This document shows, piece after piece, positions 19,346-28,850 of a stretch of DNA of 64,000 bases (positions are counted from its first letter, which is position 1; each line of letters begins with the position of its first letter). The stretch is taken from the NCBI GenBank assembly GCA_964416505.1, contig CAYQEJ010000001.1:1692-65691 (forward strand), given 5' to 3'. The notes under the pieces were generated by a model. The model was not told the origin of the DNA. It saw only the letters and a list, made by a program, of their open reading frames with translations, and did no database searches. This stretch comes from an uncultured Gammaproteobacteria bacterium. GTDB lineage: Bacteria > Patescibacteriota > Microgenomatia > Levybacterales > UBA12049. Both the position numbers and the translations under genes were made by a program.

Positions 19346-20959
19346 TTATGATTTCAGGAGTTTCTGAGCTGTTTTTCCAGGCACTAGAACAGCATTTATT
19401 CCCTCAACGGCTCCAATCAATCTACCCTCAGAATAAACACTTACTGCCCCTTCTATTCCTCTTTTTCCTTCGCTTTTTGAAAATGAATGGTATTCTATTC
19501 CGTCCCCAGCTTTTACTCTTTCGCTCGTGAATTCTACTCTTCCTAATCTTGTAAATAATGGCACTTTACTTCCTTCATCATCTACTTGAGAAATTCCTAC
19601 TGTTTGAGCCGCCCCTTCTATTAGTTGATCTTCCAAAAGAGTATCATTCTCATCTCCTTCAAGGGGTTTTGTTTTTAGTCCAATTATTCTTGTTAATCTT
19701 TCACCTGTATCAATATTTGAAATCGTAACATTATATGCTCCATCAAGTCTTACGCCAACAGAAACAGCTATTGTTTTGCTTCCGTCAGCGGGAATTACAC
19801 CAAAAAATTCTGCGCTTTCCAAACCAGCAAGTCTTAATCTTCCATCAATTCTTCCAAGTGTTCTTTCCATTTTTTCAATAGTTTCTAAAGCGGCTCTAAT
19901 TTGCTTATGTCCTGGAAGTATTTTTGGTAATCCGTTCTCATCTGAAAAATGCCCCTCAGCGTGATCCGGTGATACATGTGAGATTCCTACCCAGGTTCTA
20001 TGATTTGGTTTTAAATCATCAATTAATTCAGGTTCTTCCCCTCTTGTAGCTTGACTAAAAGAAGCAATTGCTCTGCCTATGGTTTCTTGAACACCACCGA
20101 TTTCTACCAATCTTTGTAATGTATTTACATAAACTTGAGGTGTATCGTAAATTGTTTCAAGAGCAGTTTGTGCATCCGAAACTCCATCAAAAAATTCTGT
20201 GTATCCGCTTTTGATATCAGGATTAGATATTAAGCTAACAACTTTATTACCGACTTGCTCTGGTGTAACTTCATTTGGGAGACCTAATTTATTTGTAACT
20301 TGAGCATGTTGCGTCTCAGCGCTTGAATCTATACCATGTGCAAACCTAACGTTGTAAGTCCCGGCAACTATAGGTGGGCAAACTTCCAAGAATCTAATTC
20401 CTCTATCTTTCATCTCGGGAATTCTTCTTCTAAGAGCTTTTACATCTGGGTGTTTGCTTGCAGCTACTGCATTGTATTGTTGAAGTGAAAATGCTCTTTC
20501 AAGTTGAGGCATAAAATGCCCTGGAACACTTTGCATCCTAATCACTGTTCCTCCACTTCTCATGTGGGGTAATGCTTGATCTAAAAGATCTTGAGAAGCT
20601 TCCTGATTTAGAGCTGGGGTGGGTCCAGATGTACTAAGAATTAAGAAATCAACTTCTCCACCAAGAGTTGCTAAAGCTCCATTAAAAAAATCACTTCTAC
20701 CTTCAGGAGTTGAGATGTCTGCAGCAACTGCATGTGCTTCTCCACCGGCCTCCGCAACAGAGTCCAAAACTTTTTGTGCCCTTTTAGGTTTATCTTTATA
20801 TGAAAATACTACTCTTACTCCTTCTCTTGTAAGAGATTGAACTATAGCACCACCTACGTCTCTGCTTCCTCCTGTAAGAATTGCAGTCTTGCCTGCTAGA
20901 GGTCTATCTGCTGATCTTAAAATGTTAGGGTCTGTAGTGCCTATATGTTCTACTGCCAT
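19346..20959 (-). CDS. SDR oxidoreductase fused to FabA/FabZ-like hotdog domain(s)
   Basis: TGGSRDVG, YNAVAASK region; GHFS...PKILPGHKQIRA and LIEGAAQ...F...VKAGD hotdog motifs. Confidence 0.75.
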   Translation of the reverse strand: MAVEHIGTTDPNILRSADRPLAGKTAILTGGSRDVGGAIVQSLTREGVRVVFSYKDKPKRAQKVLDSVAEAGGEAHAVAADISTPEGRSDFFNGALATLGGEVDFLILSTSGPTPALNQEASQDLLDQALPHMRSGGTVIRMQSVPGHFMPQLERAFSLQQYNAVAASKHPDVKALRRRIPEMKDRGIRFLEVCPPIVAGTYNVRFAHGIDSSAETQHAQVTNKLGLPNEVTPEQVGNKVVSLISNPDIKSGYTEFFDGVSDAQTALETIYDTPQVYVNTLQRLVEIGGVQETIGRAIASFSQATRGEEPELIDDLKPNHRTWVGISHVSPDHAEGHFSDENGLPKILPGHKQIRAALETIEKMERTLGRIDGRLRLAGLESAEFFGVIPADGSKTIAVSVGVRLDGAYNVTISNIDTGERLTRIIGLKTKPLEGDENDTLLEDQLIEGAAQTVGISQVDDEGSKVPLFTRLGRVEFTSERVKAGDGIEYHSFSKSEGKRGIEGAVSVYSEGRLIGAVEGINAVLVPGKTAQKLLKS

Positions 20960-21072
20960 GTCGCGAATTATAGGCTAATTTGCTGGGTTATGTCAATTCA
21001 AGAAAATTTATTCTTGCGCTATTATTACTTATTTTTAATCTAATAAATAAATTTTCTTTTGATAATAAATTC

Positions 21073-21468
21073 ATGTTAGAAGCGTTTCCCATGGGTGGCG
21101 CTTCATCTTTAGAAGATCAAGCTGCCCCAGAAGAATCAGATCCTGGCACTATTATCACAAGAGAAGAAGCGGAAATTCATGTCAGAAAAATACGAAATGG
21201 TTTTTGGGCTGATATGCGACCAGGAGATAGGAGAATTGCAAATGCTCATGCAAGGATGGCGATAGCAGATGTGGCTTTTGAAATTTTAGGAAGGGAAGAT
21301 TTAGATCCTACCCAGATAGTCCGCTCGACTTATCTTTTGATCGATGCCAGAGATAGGCTTATTCATTCAACATATGGGCATTTTGGAAGAGCTCAAGATT
21401 TGTGGGCTGATAAGGTCGCTGAAGTTGTAAGAATAAGATTATTATCTTCACAGAAGCCTAATGAATAA
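21073..21468 (+). CDS. Orphan hypothetical protein
   Basis: Probable start MLEAF; the upstream part of the ORF is AT-rich promoter DNA. Confidence 0.6.
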   Translation: MLEAFPMGGASSLEDQAAPEESDPGTIITREEAEIHVRKIRNGFWADMRPGDRRIANAHARMAIADVAFEILGREDLDPTQIVRSTYLLIDARDRLIHSTYGHFGRAQDLWADKVAEVVRIRLLSSQKPNE

Positions 21469-22066
21469 ATGCAGTTCTATGATGATCGCAGATTCCAAAC
21501 TTTTTAATTGCGATTCTGTGTTCGAGTGTTCCATATCCTTTATTTTGCGCGAAATTATAATCTGGAAATTTATCATGAAGTTTTGTCATGAGACTGTCTC
21601 TATGAACTTTAGCAATTATAGAAGCTGCAGCGATTGAAATCGATTTGGAATCCCCTTTTATAATAGTTTTTTGGTTTGGTAATCTTAAATCAAACCCATC
21701 TACCAAAATAAAATGGTTGGATAATTTTGGAATTAATTTTTTTAAAATTCTACTAAAGACTTCGAAATTTGCTTTCCCAATCCCCTCTCGATTTATAAAA
21801 TCTAATTCTACTTCAGCAATTTCCCAAATAGAATTTTGTTTGATTAATTCGGAAAGTTTCTCTCTTAGTTTTGGTTTAAGTAGTTTAGAATCATTTATTT
21901 CATCTAGGAAGTTATGTCGAAAATTTGGCTTAAAAATTACACCGGCAGCAACAATCGGGCCTGCAAAAGCTCCACGTCCCACTTCATCAAGTCCAATTAC
22001 ATTTTCAATTCCCCGGTTCCAGTGAATTAGCTCTTCAGTAAATGTTGGTTTGTTCTGAATTTTCAT
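21458..22066 (-). CDS. rnhB: Ribonuclease HII
   Basis: GLDEVGRGAFAGP, DSK, KGD, IAAASIIAKVHRD, KGYGT. Confidence 0.96.
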   Translation of the reverse strand: MKIQNKPTFTEELIHWNRGIENVIGLDEVGRGAFAGPIVAAGVIFKPNFRHNFLDEINDSKLLKPKLREKLSELIKQNSIWEIAEVELDFINREGIGKANFEVFSRILKKLIPKLSNHFILVDGFDLRLPNQKTIIKGDSKSISIAAASIIAKVHRDSLMTKLHDKFPDYNFAQNKGYGTLEHRIAIKKFGICDHHRTAFIH

Positions 22067-23168
22067 CAGTTAAAAGTGGTGTTTCTATTTCTTCAAGTTC
22101 TGGAAGATTGGAGACGTTAGTTTTTAGTTCTCCGTAAAAGTTGGTCATATTGATATCAAGTTTTTTAATCAAGTCTTCCTGTTTTTTCCATCTAAGAGTT
22201 GTGGCTCTTTGGTCAGCTTGAAGAGAGGCGCGAAGTGCATTTACATTATCAAAATGACTTTGCATTCTATGTTTGAAAGCGTCACTCATCATGTAGTCTC
22301 TTATTTTTCCCCATTCTTCTTCTGTGTGATTTGCTCCCGATTTGGCATGTGACACACTGGTAATGAGGAATCTGACGTATCTACAAATACTAAGAGCATG
22401 CTCATAAGTGGTTATCCAGACTCCGTCAATTCTGTCAAAGGAGCTTGAATCTTGAGGGAGCACTTGTGAAACTATTATGGCTTCCGTTGCTGAAATTTTT
22501 CCTGCATCTTCTTTAAGTTTTGTAAGCCAACCTTTACTCCATGCTTTTGTTCTTTTTGTTTCCCAGATTATAGATCCAACCACTTTTCCGTTAAACTTAA
22601 CCTTCTGCCAGATATCTCCGCCTTCAACGCCTTTTGGAATAGGAGTAAATTCATCATTTGGAAATGTTTCTTTTAGTTTTTCTTCGAGATTTAATTCAAG
22701 TGCTTCTCCTTGAAGCTGTTGTGATCCTTGCTCAAGCTTTTTCTTTAGATCTTCATTTGCGCGCCTTAAGTCTTCTGCAAGGCGTTTGATCTGGTCCATT
22801 TGAATATCTTTTTCTTTTAATTTCAGTGCCTGAGATTCTTGCGCTTCTTTTTGAGCCTGTTTCATCGCTTCTTCTTTTATTTTTTCTTCAGCCTTCTCGC
22901 GCTCAGCTTGCTCTTTTTCCAGTTTTTCTAAAAGTTCTTCTTGTTTTCTCTTTGCTAATAATAGAGCGTCTGAATTTTCCTTAGCTTCTTTTTGAAACTC
23001 TTCTCTAAGTTCTTTTTCCCTTTTAGCAGCTTCTTTGGCTTTTTCTTCTTCAAATTGGGCTTTAAGTTTTTTGCTTTCCTCGTCTCTAACTTGTGCTTGA
23101 AGTTCATGTACTATAGCTTCGGAAAGTTCTACTTGTTTACCGCAATGAGGACATTTAACTGAATCCAT
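22035..23168 (-). CDS. DUF2130 family coiled-coil protein
   Basis: CPHCG, GSQQLQGEALE, GGD, IIWETKRTKAWS..W..KLK.D. Confidence 0.9.
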   Translation of the reverse strand: MDSVKCPHCGKQVELSEAIVHELQAQVRDEESKKLKAQFEEEKAKEAAKREKELREEFQKEAKENSDALLLAKRKQEELLEKLEKEQAEREKAEEKIKEEAMKQAQKEAQESQALKLKEKDIQMDQIKRLAEDLRRANEDLKKKLEQGSQQLQGEALELNLEEKLKETFPNDEFTPIPKGVEGGDIWQKVKFNGKVVGSIIWETKRTKAWSKGWLTKLKEDAGKISATEAIIVSQVLPQDSSSFDRIDGVWITTYEHALSICRYVRFLITSVSHAKSGANHTEEEWGKIRDYMMSDAFKHRMQSHFDNVNALRASLQADQRATTLRWKKQEDLIKKLDINMTNFYGELKTNVSNLPELEEIETPLLTDENSEQTNIY

Positions 23169-23230
23169 AATTCTACCTATGATACGCGCCTGAGCTTTTC
23201 ATTTCAAGTCTAATTTGTTAGGATTTAGTT

Positions 23231-23635
23231 ATGCATGGAATTTTAAGAAATATAACGTTTAATTCTATTTCACTTTTTCTTCTCGCAGAAATAATCTCAG
23301 GCGTAAAAATAATGGGAGGATATCAGGCGATCATAGCTGCTGGGATAATTCTTACTATTCTAAATATGGTAGTAAAGCCAATTATAAATATTTTCTCAAT
23401 TCCTTTTAATATGGTAACTCTGGGTCTTTTCTCTTTTCTTACAAATGCAATAGTTTTGTATCTTCTAACAATTTTTGCGCCAAATATTTCTGTGTCAGCT
23501 TTTACATTTAGTGGTTATACTTGGGCTGGGTTTGTAATTCCTGCTATGAAATTTAATACTTTATTTGCTTTTATAGTATCGGCTGCAGTTTTATCTATAA
23601 TCATTCATTTCTTCAAGTGGCTCACTAAAGAATAA
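23231..23635 (+). CDS. YvlD-like 4-TM membrane protein (holin superfamily IV)
   Basis: NMVVKPI...PFNMVTLGLF...NA. Confidence 0.85.
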   Translation: MHGILRNITFNSISLFLLAEIISGVKIMGGYQAIIAAGIILTILNMVVKPIINIFSIPFNMVTLGLFSFLTNAIVLYLLTIFAPNISVSAFTFSGYTWAGFVIPAMKFNTLFAFIVSAAVLSIIIHFFKWLTKE

Positions 23636-23637
23636 AT

Positions 23638-24132
23638 TTATCTTCTAAATCCAAAAGAATCCATTCCTTCATAATAAATTCCGTATGCAAATTCACTTAC
23701 ATCTTCCTCAACATCTTCGCTTGGCATACTTCCTCTTAATTTGTCGAATCGAATTATTATTCTTTGAAGTTGAAAAGGTGTAAGGACTCCAAATTTTATA
23801 GCAAAGTAAAAATCATTTGAAATTATATCTTTAACTACTGAAGTATCTATGGCATCATTTTCTACATTGGCTGAAAACTTTCTATGCGCTTTTTCTGCAT
23901 CAGCCTTGGCTTTTTCAATTGCTTGCTGGTCATTTACGAGAGCATCTCTAACTTTCCCCAAGTCATATCCAAGTGAAAAGTTCTCTATAGCCATATGTAT
24001 TCCTTGTGCTGTGACAGAAGCTGGACACCTCATGCTTGCTCTCACAAACATCCCAAGTCCTACATTTGCTAAAGTTCCCCTTGTTTCGGGTGGCTGTGGG
24101 ATTCCATATAATAGTGGTCTGTCTGGGCTCAT
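23638..24132 (-). CDS. Orphan hypothetical protein
   Basis: 164-aa ORF; TAGAAT 8 nt before ATG. Confidence 0.7.
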   Translation of the reverse strand: MSPDRPLLYGIPQPPETRGTLANVGLGMFVRASMRCPASVTAQGIHMAIENFSLGYDLGKVRDALVNDQQAIEKAKADAEKAHRKFSANVENDAIDTSVVKDIISNDFYFAIKFGVLTPFQLQRIIIRFDKLRGSMPSEDVEEDVSEFAYGIYYEGMDSFGFRR

Positions 24133-24199
24133 GACGGGTTATTCTACAGATTTCCAAATTTATTTGCAAATGAAGAGCATTTGAAGGTATAATAGCCTC

Positions 24200-24409
24200 A
24201 TGATCTTATCTATTCTTGAAGCAGTAGTTGCAGTACTTCTTATAGCAGTTATTCTTTTACAGGTTCAGGGTTCAGGGCTCTCAGCAAGTTTTGGTGGAAG
24301 TGGAGAATCTTTCCGAAGTAGAAGAAGTGTTGAAAAACTGCTGGTTTATTTAACAATAATTTTAGCAATAATTTTCGCATTCTTATCACTTTTACTTCTA
24401 CTCTCCTAA
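24200..24409 (+). CDS. secG: Preprotein translocase subunit SecG
   Basis: ILLQVQGSGLSASFGG...RRSVEKLL. Confidence 0.93.
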   Translation: MILSILEAVVAVLLIAVILLQVQGSGLSASFGGSGESFRSRRSVEKLLVYLTIILAIIFAFLSLLLLLS

Positions 24410-24418
24410 GTAGGCTTT

Positions 24419-25789
24419 ATGATTTTTTTAAAAAGAAAAAGATTGATCCTTTGGCTTCTAAAAGCTTATTTGAAAAAGTGGGGAAAAACTATTTTAACTT
24501 CATTTGTTCTCGGATTTGGTGTAATTTTAATTTTATTTTTAAATCGTAATTTTTTAATTTCTTTCATTCCTAATCTAAATGAAGAGACTGTTGGAATTGC
24601 AGGGATTTATTCAAGAAGAGATCTTCCAAATAATCTACCAGAAGTTATTCAGTCAGAAGCCTCTAGAGGACTTACTAAAGTAAATGAAAAAGGAGAAGTA
24701 AAACCTGATCTGGCGAAGTCTTGGGAAGTAAAAGATGATGGGAAAACTTTTGTTTTTTATATAAAAGAAAATGAAACTTTTTCTGATGGGCGTGAAGTGG
24801 ATTCAAAATCTATAAATTATAACTTCGCAGATGTAACTATTGAGCGTCCTGCAAAGCATGTAATCGTATTCAAATTAAAAGTTAAATATTCTCCTTTCCT
24901 AGTTACTCTTTCAAATTATAAAGTTTATAAGAAGAATCTGGTGGGAGTTTCAGACTATAAAATAAATGATATCACTACAAACGGTGACTTTATAAGAAGC
25001 ATAGAACTTCTAAATGTTAAAAATAAGAAAAAAATAAAATATGTTTTCTACGATACGCAGGAAGCTTTAAAGAATGCATATGTTTTAGGAGAAGTGACCT
25101 CGATTATTGATATAAATGATTTGTCTTATCACAGAGGAGTTAACTTAGGTTCATTTAAAAATACAAATGTTTTAAAAAATACTAATTCTAATAAAATTGT
25201 GACATTATTTTTTAATACAACTGATTCAGTAGTCTCAGATAAAAAAATTAGAAAAGCTTTAGCATACTCCTTACCAGATAATTTTAAAGACGGTAAGAGA
25301 ACGCATACGCCATATAAAGAAGAATATTGGTTTAATAATTCAGAAGAAAAATATCAAAGAGATTTGGAATATGTAAAAATTCAATTGGAGCAAACTGATG
25401 CTTCAAAAAGCGGAGGCCTTACGCTAAATATAAAAGCTTTACCGCAATATGAATCTTTAGCTAAAGAGATTTCTAAATACTGGAAAGAAATTGGAATCAA
25501 AACAAAAATTGAAGTAGTTGCTGGAGTTCCATCTGATTTTCAAATATTCTTAGGAGAACTTCCGGTTCTTAAAGATCCTGATCAATATACGATTTGGCAT
25601 ACTGGTCAGGATAGTAATATCACAAATTATAAAAACTTGAGAATTGATAAACTTCTTGAAGATGGAAGGCAAACATATGCGTTTGAAGAAAGAAAAAAAA
25701 TCTATGAAGATTTCCAGAAATATCTTATTGATGACATGCCTGCAGCTTTCCTCTTCTACCCTTATACTTATACACTAGTAAGAAAATAA
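24419..25789 (+). CDS. ABC transporter substrate-binding protein, family 5
   Basis: GLTK...PDLAKSWEV..DGKTF, FSDG, DPDQY..WH, NITNY...IDKLLEDGR. Confidence 0.9.
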   Translation: MIFLKRKRLILWLLKAYLKKWGKTILTSFVLGFGVILILFLNRNFLISFIPNLNEETVGIAGIYSRRDLPNNLPEVIQSEASRGLTKVNEKGEVKPDLAKSWEVKDDGKTFVFYIKENETFSDGREVDSKSINYNFADVTIERPAKHVIVFKLKVKYSPFLVTLSNYKVYKKNLVGVSDYKINDITTNGDFIRSIELLNVKNKKKIKYVFYDTQEALKNAYVLGEVTSIIDINDLSYHRGVNLGSFKNTNVLKNTNSNKIVTLFFNTTDSVVSDKKIRKALAYSLPDNFKDGKRTHTPYKEEYWFNNSEEKYQRDLEYVKIQLEQTDASKSGGLTLNIKALPQYESLAKEISKYWKEIGIKTKIEVVAGVPSDFQIFLGELPVLKDPDQYTIWHTGQDSNITNYKNLRIDKLLEDGRQTYAFEERKKIYEDFQKYLIDDMPAAFLFYPYTYTLVRK

Positions 25790-27085
25790 TTATTTTAGAG
25801 TGTTGTTTAGAAAATATTTTGCTCTTAATTTCTTGTGATATGTAATTGCGAATCTGTGAGCTTCATCTCTAATTCTTCTAACAAGAGTTAAACCTCCTGA
25901 AGTTCTCGGAAGCCTAATCACATTAAAATCAGAAGTTATGAGAAGCTCTTCTCTTTTTGCAATTCCTATTAGAGGAATTTCCAGATTCATTTCAAATAAG
26001 GCCTTTTTAGCTGAAGAGATTTGTCCTTTTCCTCCATCCACTATTACTAAATCTGGAAAAGGCCATTCAGAGTGGGAAAATCTTCTTTTAATTACTTCTC
26101 TCATCATGGCAAAATCGTTTGGTACAACGCGCGGAGGTCGTTTGATCTGAAATCTCCTGTATTCCGAAGAATCTTTCTCACCGTTTATAAAAACTACCAT
26201 AGATCCTGTAGCAAATTTTCCAGAGATATTTGAAATATCATAACATTCAATTCTTTCTAATTTTTTTAATTTTAATCCGTTTGCATTTAAAGCATCTATG
26301 AGTTCATTTGTTTCAGCTGATCTGATGTCTGCTCTTAGGTTTGGATTTTGCTCATATTCAAAAGCGCTTCTTCTAGGAGTTGTGATTAAAACTATTGAAT
26401 CAATTTTCTTTTGAATTTCGGAGGCTTTTTCAAAATTTTCATTTTTACTTTCATTGTCTCTTTCCTTTTCTAATTCCTTAATTATTTTTTTTGACTCTCC
26501 GCTAAAAAATTGAACTATATGTTTTATATTTTTTCTATATTCTTTAAATTCATCTTCTGTTTTAAACATCGGTGGACAAGGACAAAGTCCTATGTGATAG
26601 TAAAGGCAATGTCTATTTGGATGATTTAAAACTGACTGGTACGGGAAAATCTTTCTGATTAGTTTTAGAACAATTTTTAAATCATTCGAAGATGGAAAAG
26701 GACCGAAAAAAATTGCATTTTTATCTTCTTCACGTCTAGCTAATAAAATCTTAGGAGCTTTATCTTTTATTGTAATTTTTGCTCTGATATAACTCTTTCC
26801 GTCCGTGAGTCTTATATTGTATTTGGGATTATATTTTTTAATTAAATTTGCTTCAAGAAGAAGCGATTCAAGCTCAGAAGAAGTGTTTATGGTTTTAATT
26901 TTCTTAATTTTTTCAACAAGAGCTTGGGTTTTGGGACCTAAATCTTTATTTAGAAAATAAGAGGAAACTCTTTTTTTAAGGTTTTTGGCTTTTCCCACAT
27001 AAATGACTTCCCCCTTTTCGTCAAGAAATAGGTATACGCCTTCTTTTGTAGATAAAGATTGATATGATAAGCGTGAACGTTCCAA
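25790..27085 (-). CDS. uvrC: Excinuclease ABC subunit C (lacks C-terminal HhH domain)
   Basis: GVYLF..IYVGKAKNL, IECYDISN, PDLVIVDGGKGQ, RDEAHRFAI. Confidence 0.93.
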   Translation of the reverse strand: MERSRLSYQSLSTKEGVYLFLDEKGEVIYVGKAKNLKKRVSSYFLNKDLGPKTQALVEKIKKIKTINTSSELESLLLEANLIKKYNPKYNIRLTDGKSYIRAKITIKDKAPKILLARREEDKNAIFFGPFPSSNDLKIVLKLIRKIFPYQSVLNHPNRHCLYYHIGLCPCPPMFKTEDEFKEYRKNIKHIVQFFSGESKKIIKELEKERDNESKNENFEKASEIQKKIDSIVLITTPRRSAFEYEQNPNLRADIRSAETNELIDALNANGLKLKKLERIECYDISNISGKFATGSMVVFINGEKDSSEYRRFQIKRPPRVVPNDFAMMREVIKRRFSHSEWPFPDLVIVDGGKGQISSAKKALFEMNLEIPLIGIAKREELLITSDFNVIRLPRTSGGLTLVRRIRDEAHRFAITYHKKLRAKYFLNNTLK

Positions 27086-28850
27086 CTGTAATAACTCCTC
27101 CTAAAATAAAAGTGAAAAATATATGTCGGTAAAAAGGAAGCACTTCAAGATTTTTTTCAATTGAGCTTCTACCGATCGATATTTTAATAGTATCAGTTTC
27201 ATTTGTCAAAAGTGGTTTGGAATTAAAACTTACCGGAATTACTTTTTTACCATATGGAGGGATTCTGTCGAAATATAAGTTTTGAGGAACAGGTGACATA
27301 TTATTTGATGTTATATTTACTGTTTGATTAGGAGCTATAACCCCTGAATTATTTGCAATAACTATTTCTCCTTTTATTGGAAGCCCACCTAGGTATTTTT
27401 CAGAGAAATTTGTAGATATAGAAAGAGATGGTAAAACTTTTTCAAAATTTGATTTTGTTTCTACTAATACATCTTGTGTGCTTTTTTGTCCAGCTATCTT
27501 GTATCCTCCCGCTGGAATTGGATATTCGCTGTCGCTTCCCTTTATGACAAATGCAAAATGATCAAAGTCGAAAGTATTAAAATAATCAATTCCTTCTGTA
27601 GTATTCTCCCATGTTGGATCAATCATTATCCATGCTCCCCTCTTGAAATCATAGTACTCTGGCCAGGAGTGCAATACGTCTTTAAGAAGTGAAAGTGGAC
27701 GTTTTGCTGAATTGCTGGTGTTTGCATATCCTTCTACAGCTCGGGCTGGAATTCCTGCTGCTCTGGAAAGTGCGACAAATAGATCTGTGAATTCTAAGCA
27801 AACCGCTGATTTTTTATTTGCTAAAACTCCGCTTGCGCCGGCTCTTTCTTGAGTTTCTTTAACTCTTTCTGAATCATAAGTAAGATTACTGACAACATAT
27901 TTGTAAATTGCCTCTGGAGTTTTAAGTTCTTTCGCAAGCTTTTTTACTTCCGGGTCGTTAACTTCCCAGTATTTTTGAGGTTTTAAATAATTATTTTTTT
28001 GATTTTCATTTAGTGCCTCTTTCTTGGGAATATAATTTATTTTTCCTTCACCCTTAACGATAACATTGTAATCTTCAGATGGTAAAAGTCTGTATTTTGC
28101 AAGCCAATTTCCGTCGCGATCTATATAAACATCCAAAGGTTTTGGATTCATATCAGTAATTTTTATTTCCTGATAATTATTATTTGATGGAATTGCTATT
28201 TCTGTAACAACAGGATAAAGGTTACCGTTTCTTAAATGATATGTTAAGTCAAATTTATAAATTTGGTTTTCCCCATATGCAATTGATACTCCGGAATTTC
28301 CAAGATCTTTTTTACTGAATTTTATAGAGTTGGTTGATATTTGAGCATCTGTAGTACTAGGTTTAATTATTGTTGGTTTTCCAAATGATGGGGGTACATT
28401 TACAGTTGTATTAAATGATTGATATGCATTCTGTTTATCGATACCAGGAATATTTACTTCCCAAATATTTCCAAACTTTTTTGATATTTCCTTTGTTTCA
28501 AAACTAACGCTAAAATTTTGAACTTTATTTATTCCCACAGCTTTATTATTGAATTCCATTGAAAGTTCGATTCCTTTATTGTTTTTGGTTTTGTTCACTA
28601 AAATTTGCCCGCCCGAATCCTTTGCTGATGCATTCTCAATGTCTTTATAACCTAGCTGAATCCTATAAGAGGAAGCATAAAAATTTGTAGATAAATTCTT
28701 AAGACTTATATCAAATGTTACTTTTGTATTTTCGTTTTCTTGGACTTGATAAGTGACATTGTAGCTTGTGGCAAAATTATCTGCTGCGTATGATGCTTTT
28801 GGAAAAATTAAAAAAATTAAAAAAAGGAAAAGGGACAGGATTTTTTTCAT
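27021..28850 (-). CDS. Secreted, C-terminally anchored transglutaminase-like domain protein
   Basis: Signal peptide, VCLEFTDLF...GIPAR..GY...HSWPE...DPTW, C-terminal TM. Confidence 0.88.
   Translation of the reverse strand: MKKILSLFLFLIFLIFPKASYAADNFATSYNVTYQVQENENTKVTFDISLKNLSTNFYASSYRIQLGYKDIENASAKDSGGQILVNKTKNNKGIELSMEFNNKAVGINKVQNFSVSFETKEISKKFGNIWEVNIPGIDKQNAYQSFNTTVNVPPSFGKPTIIKPSTTDAQISTNSIKFSKKDLGNSGVSIAYGENQIYKFDLTYHLRNGNLYPVVTEIAIPSNNNYQEIKITDMNPKPLDVYIDRDGNWLAKYRLLPSEDYNVIVKGEGKINYIPKKEALNENQKNNYLKPQKYWEVNDPEVKKLAKELKTPEAIYKYVVSNLTYDSERVKETQERAGASGVLANKKSAVCLEFTDLFVALSRAAGIPARAVEGYANTSNSAKRPLSLLKDVLHSWPEYYDFKRGAWIMIDPTWENTTEGIDYFNTFDFDHFAFVIKGSDSEYPIPAGGYKIAGQKSTQDVLVETKSNFEKVLPSLSISTNFSEKYLGGLPIKGEIVIANNSGVIAPNQTVNITSNNMSPVPQNLYFDRIPPYGKKVIPVSFNSKPLLTNETDTIKISIGRSSIEKNLEVLPFYRHIFFTFILGGVITVGTFTLIISIFIYKRRRIPIS

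Noticed and set aside
23231-23635. Prophage suggested by a holin-family gene
   Set aside because: YvlD-like proteins are ordinary chromosomal genes; no integrase, terminase, capsid or lysin is in the window
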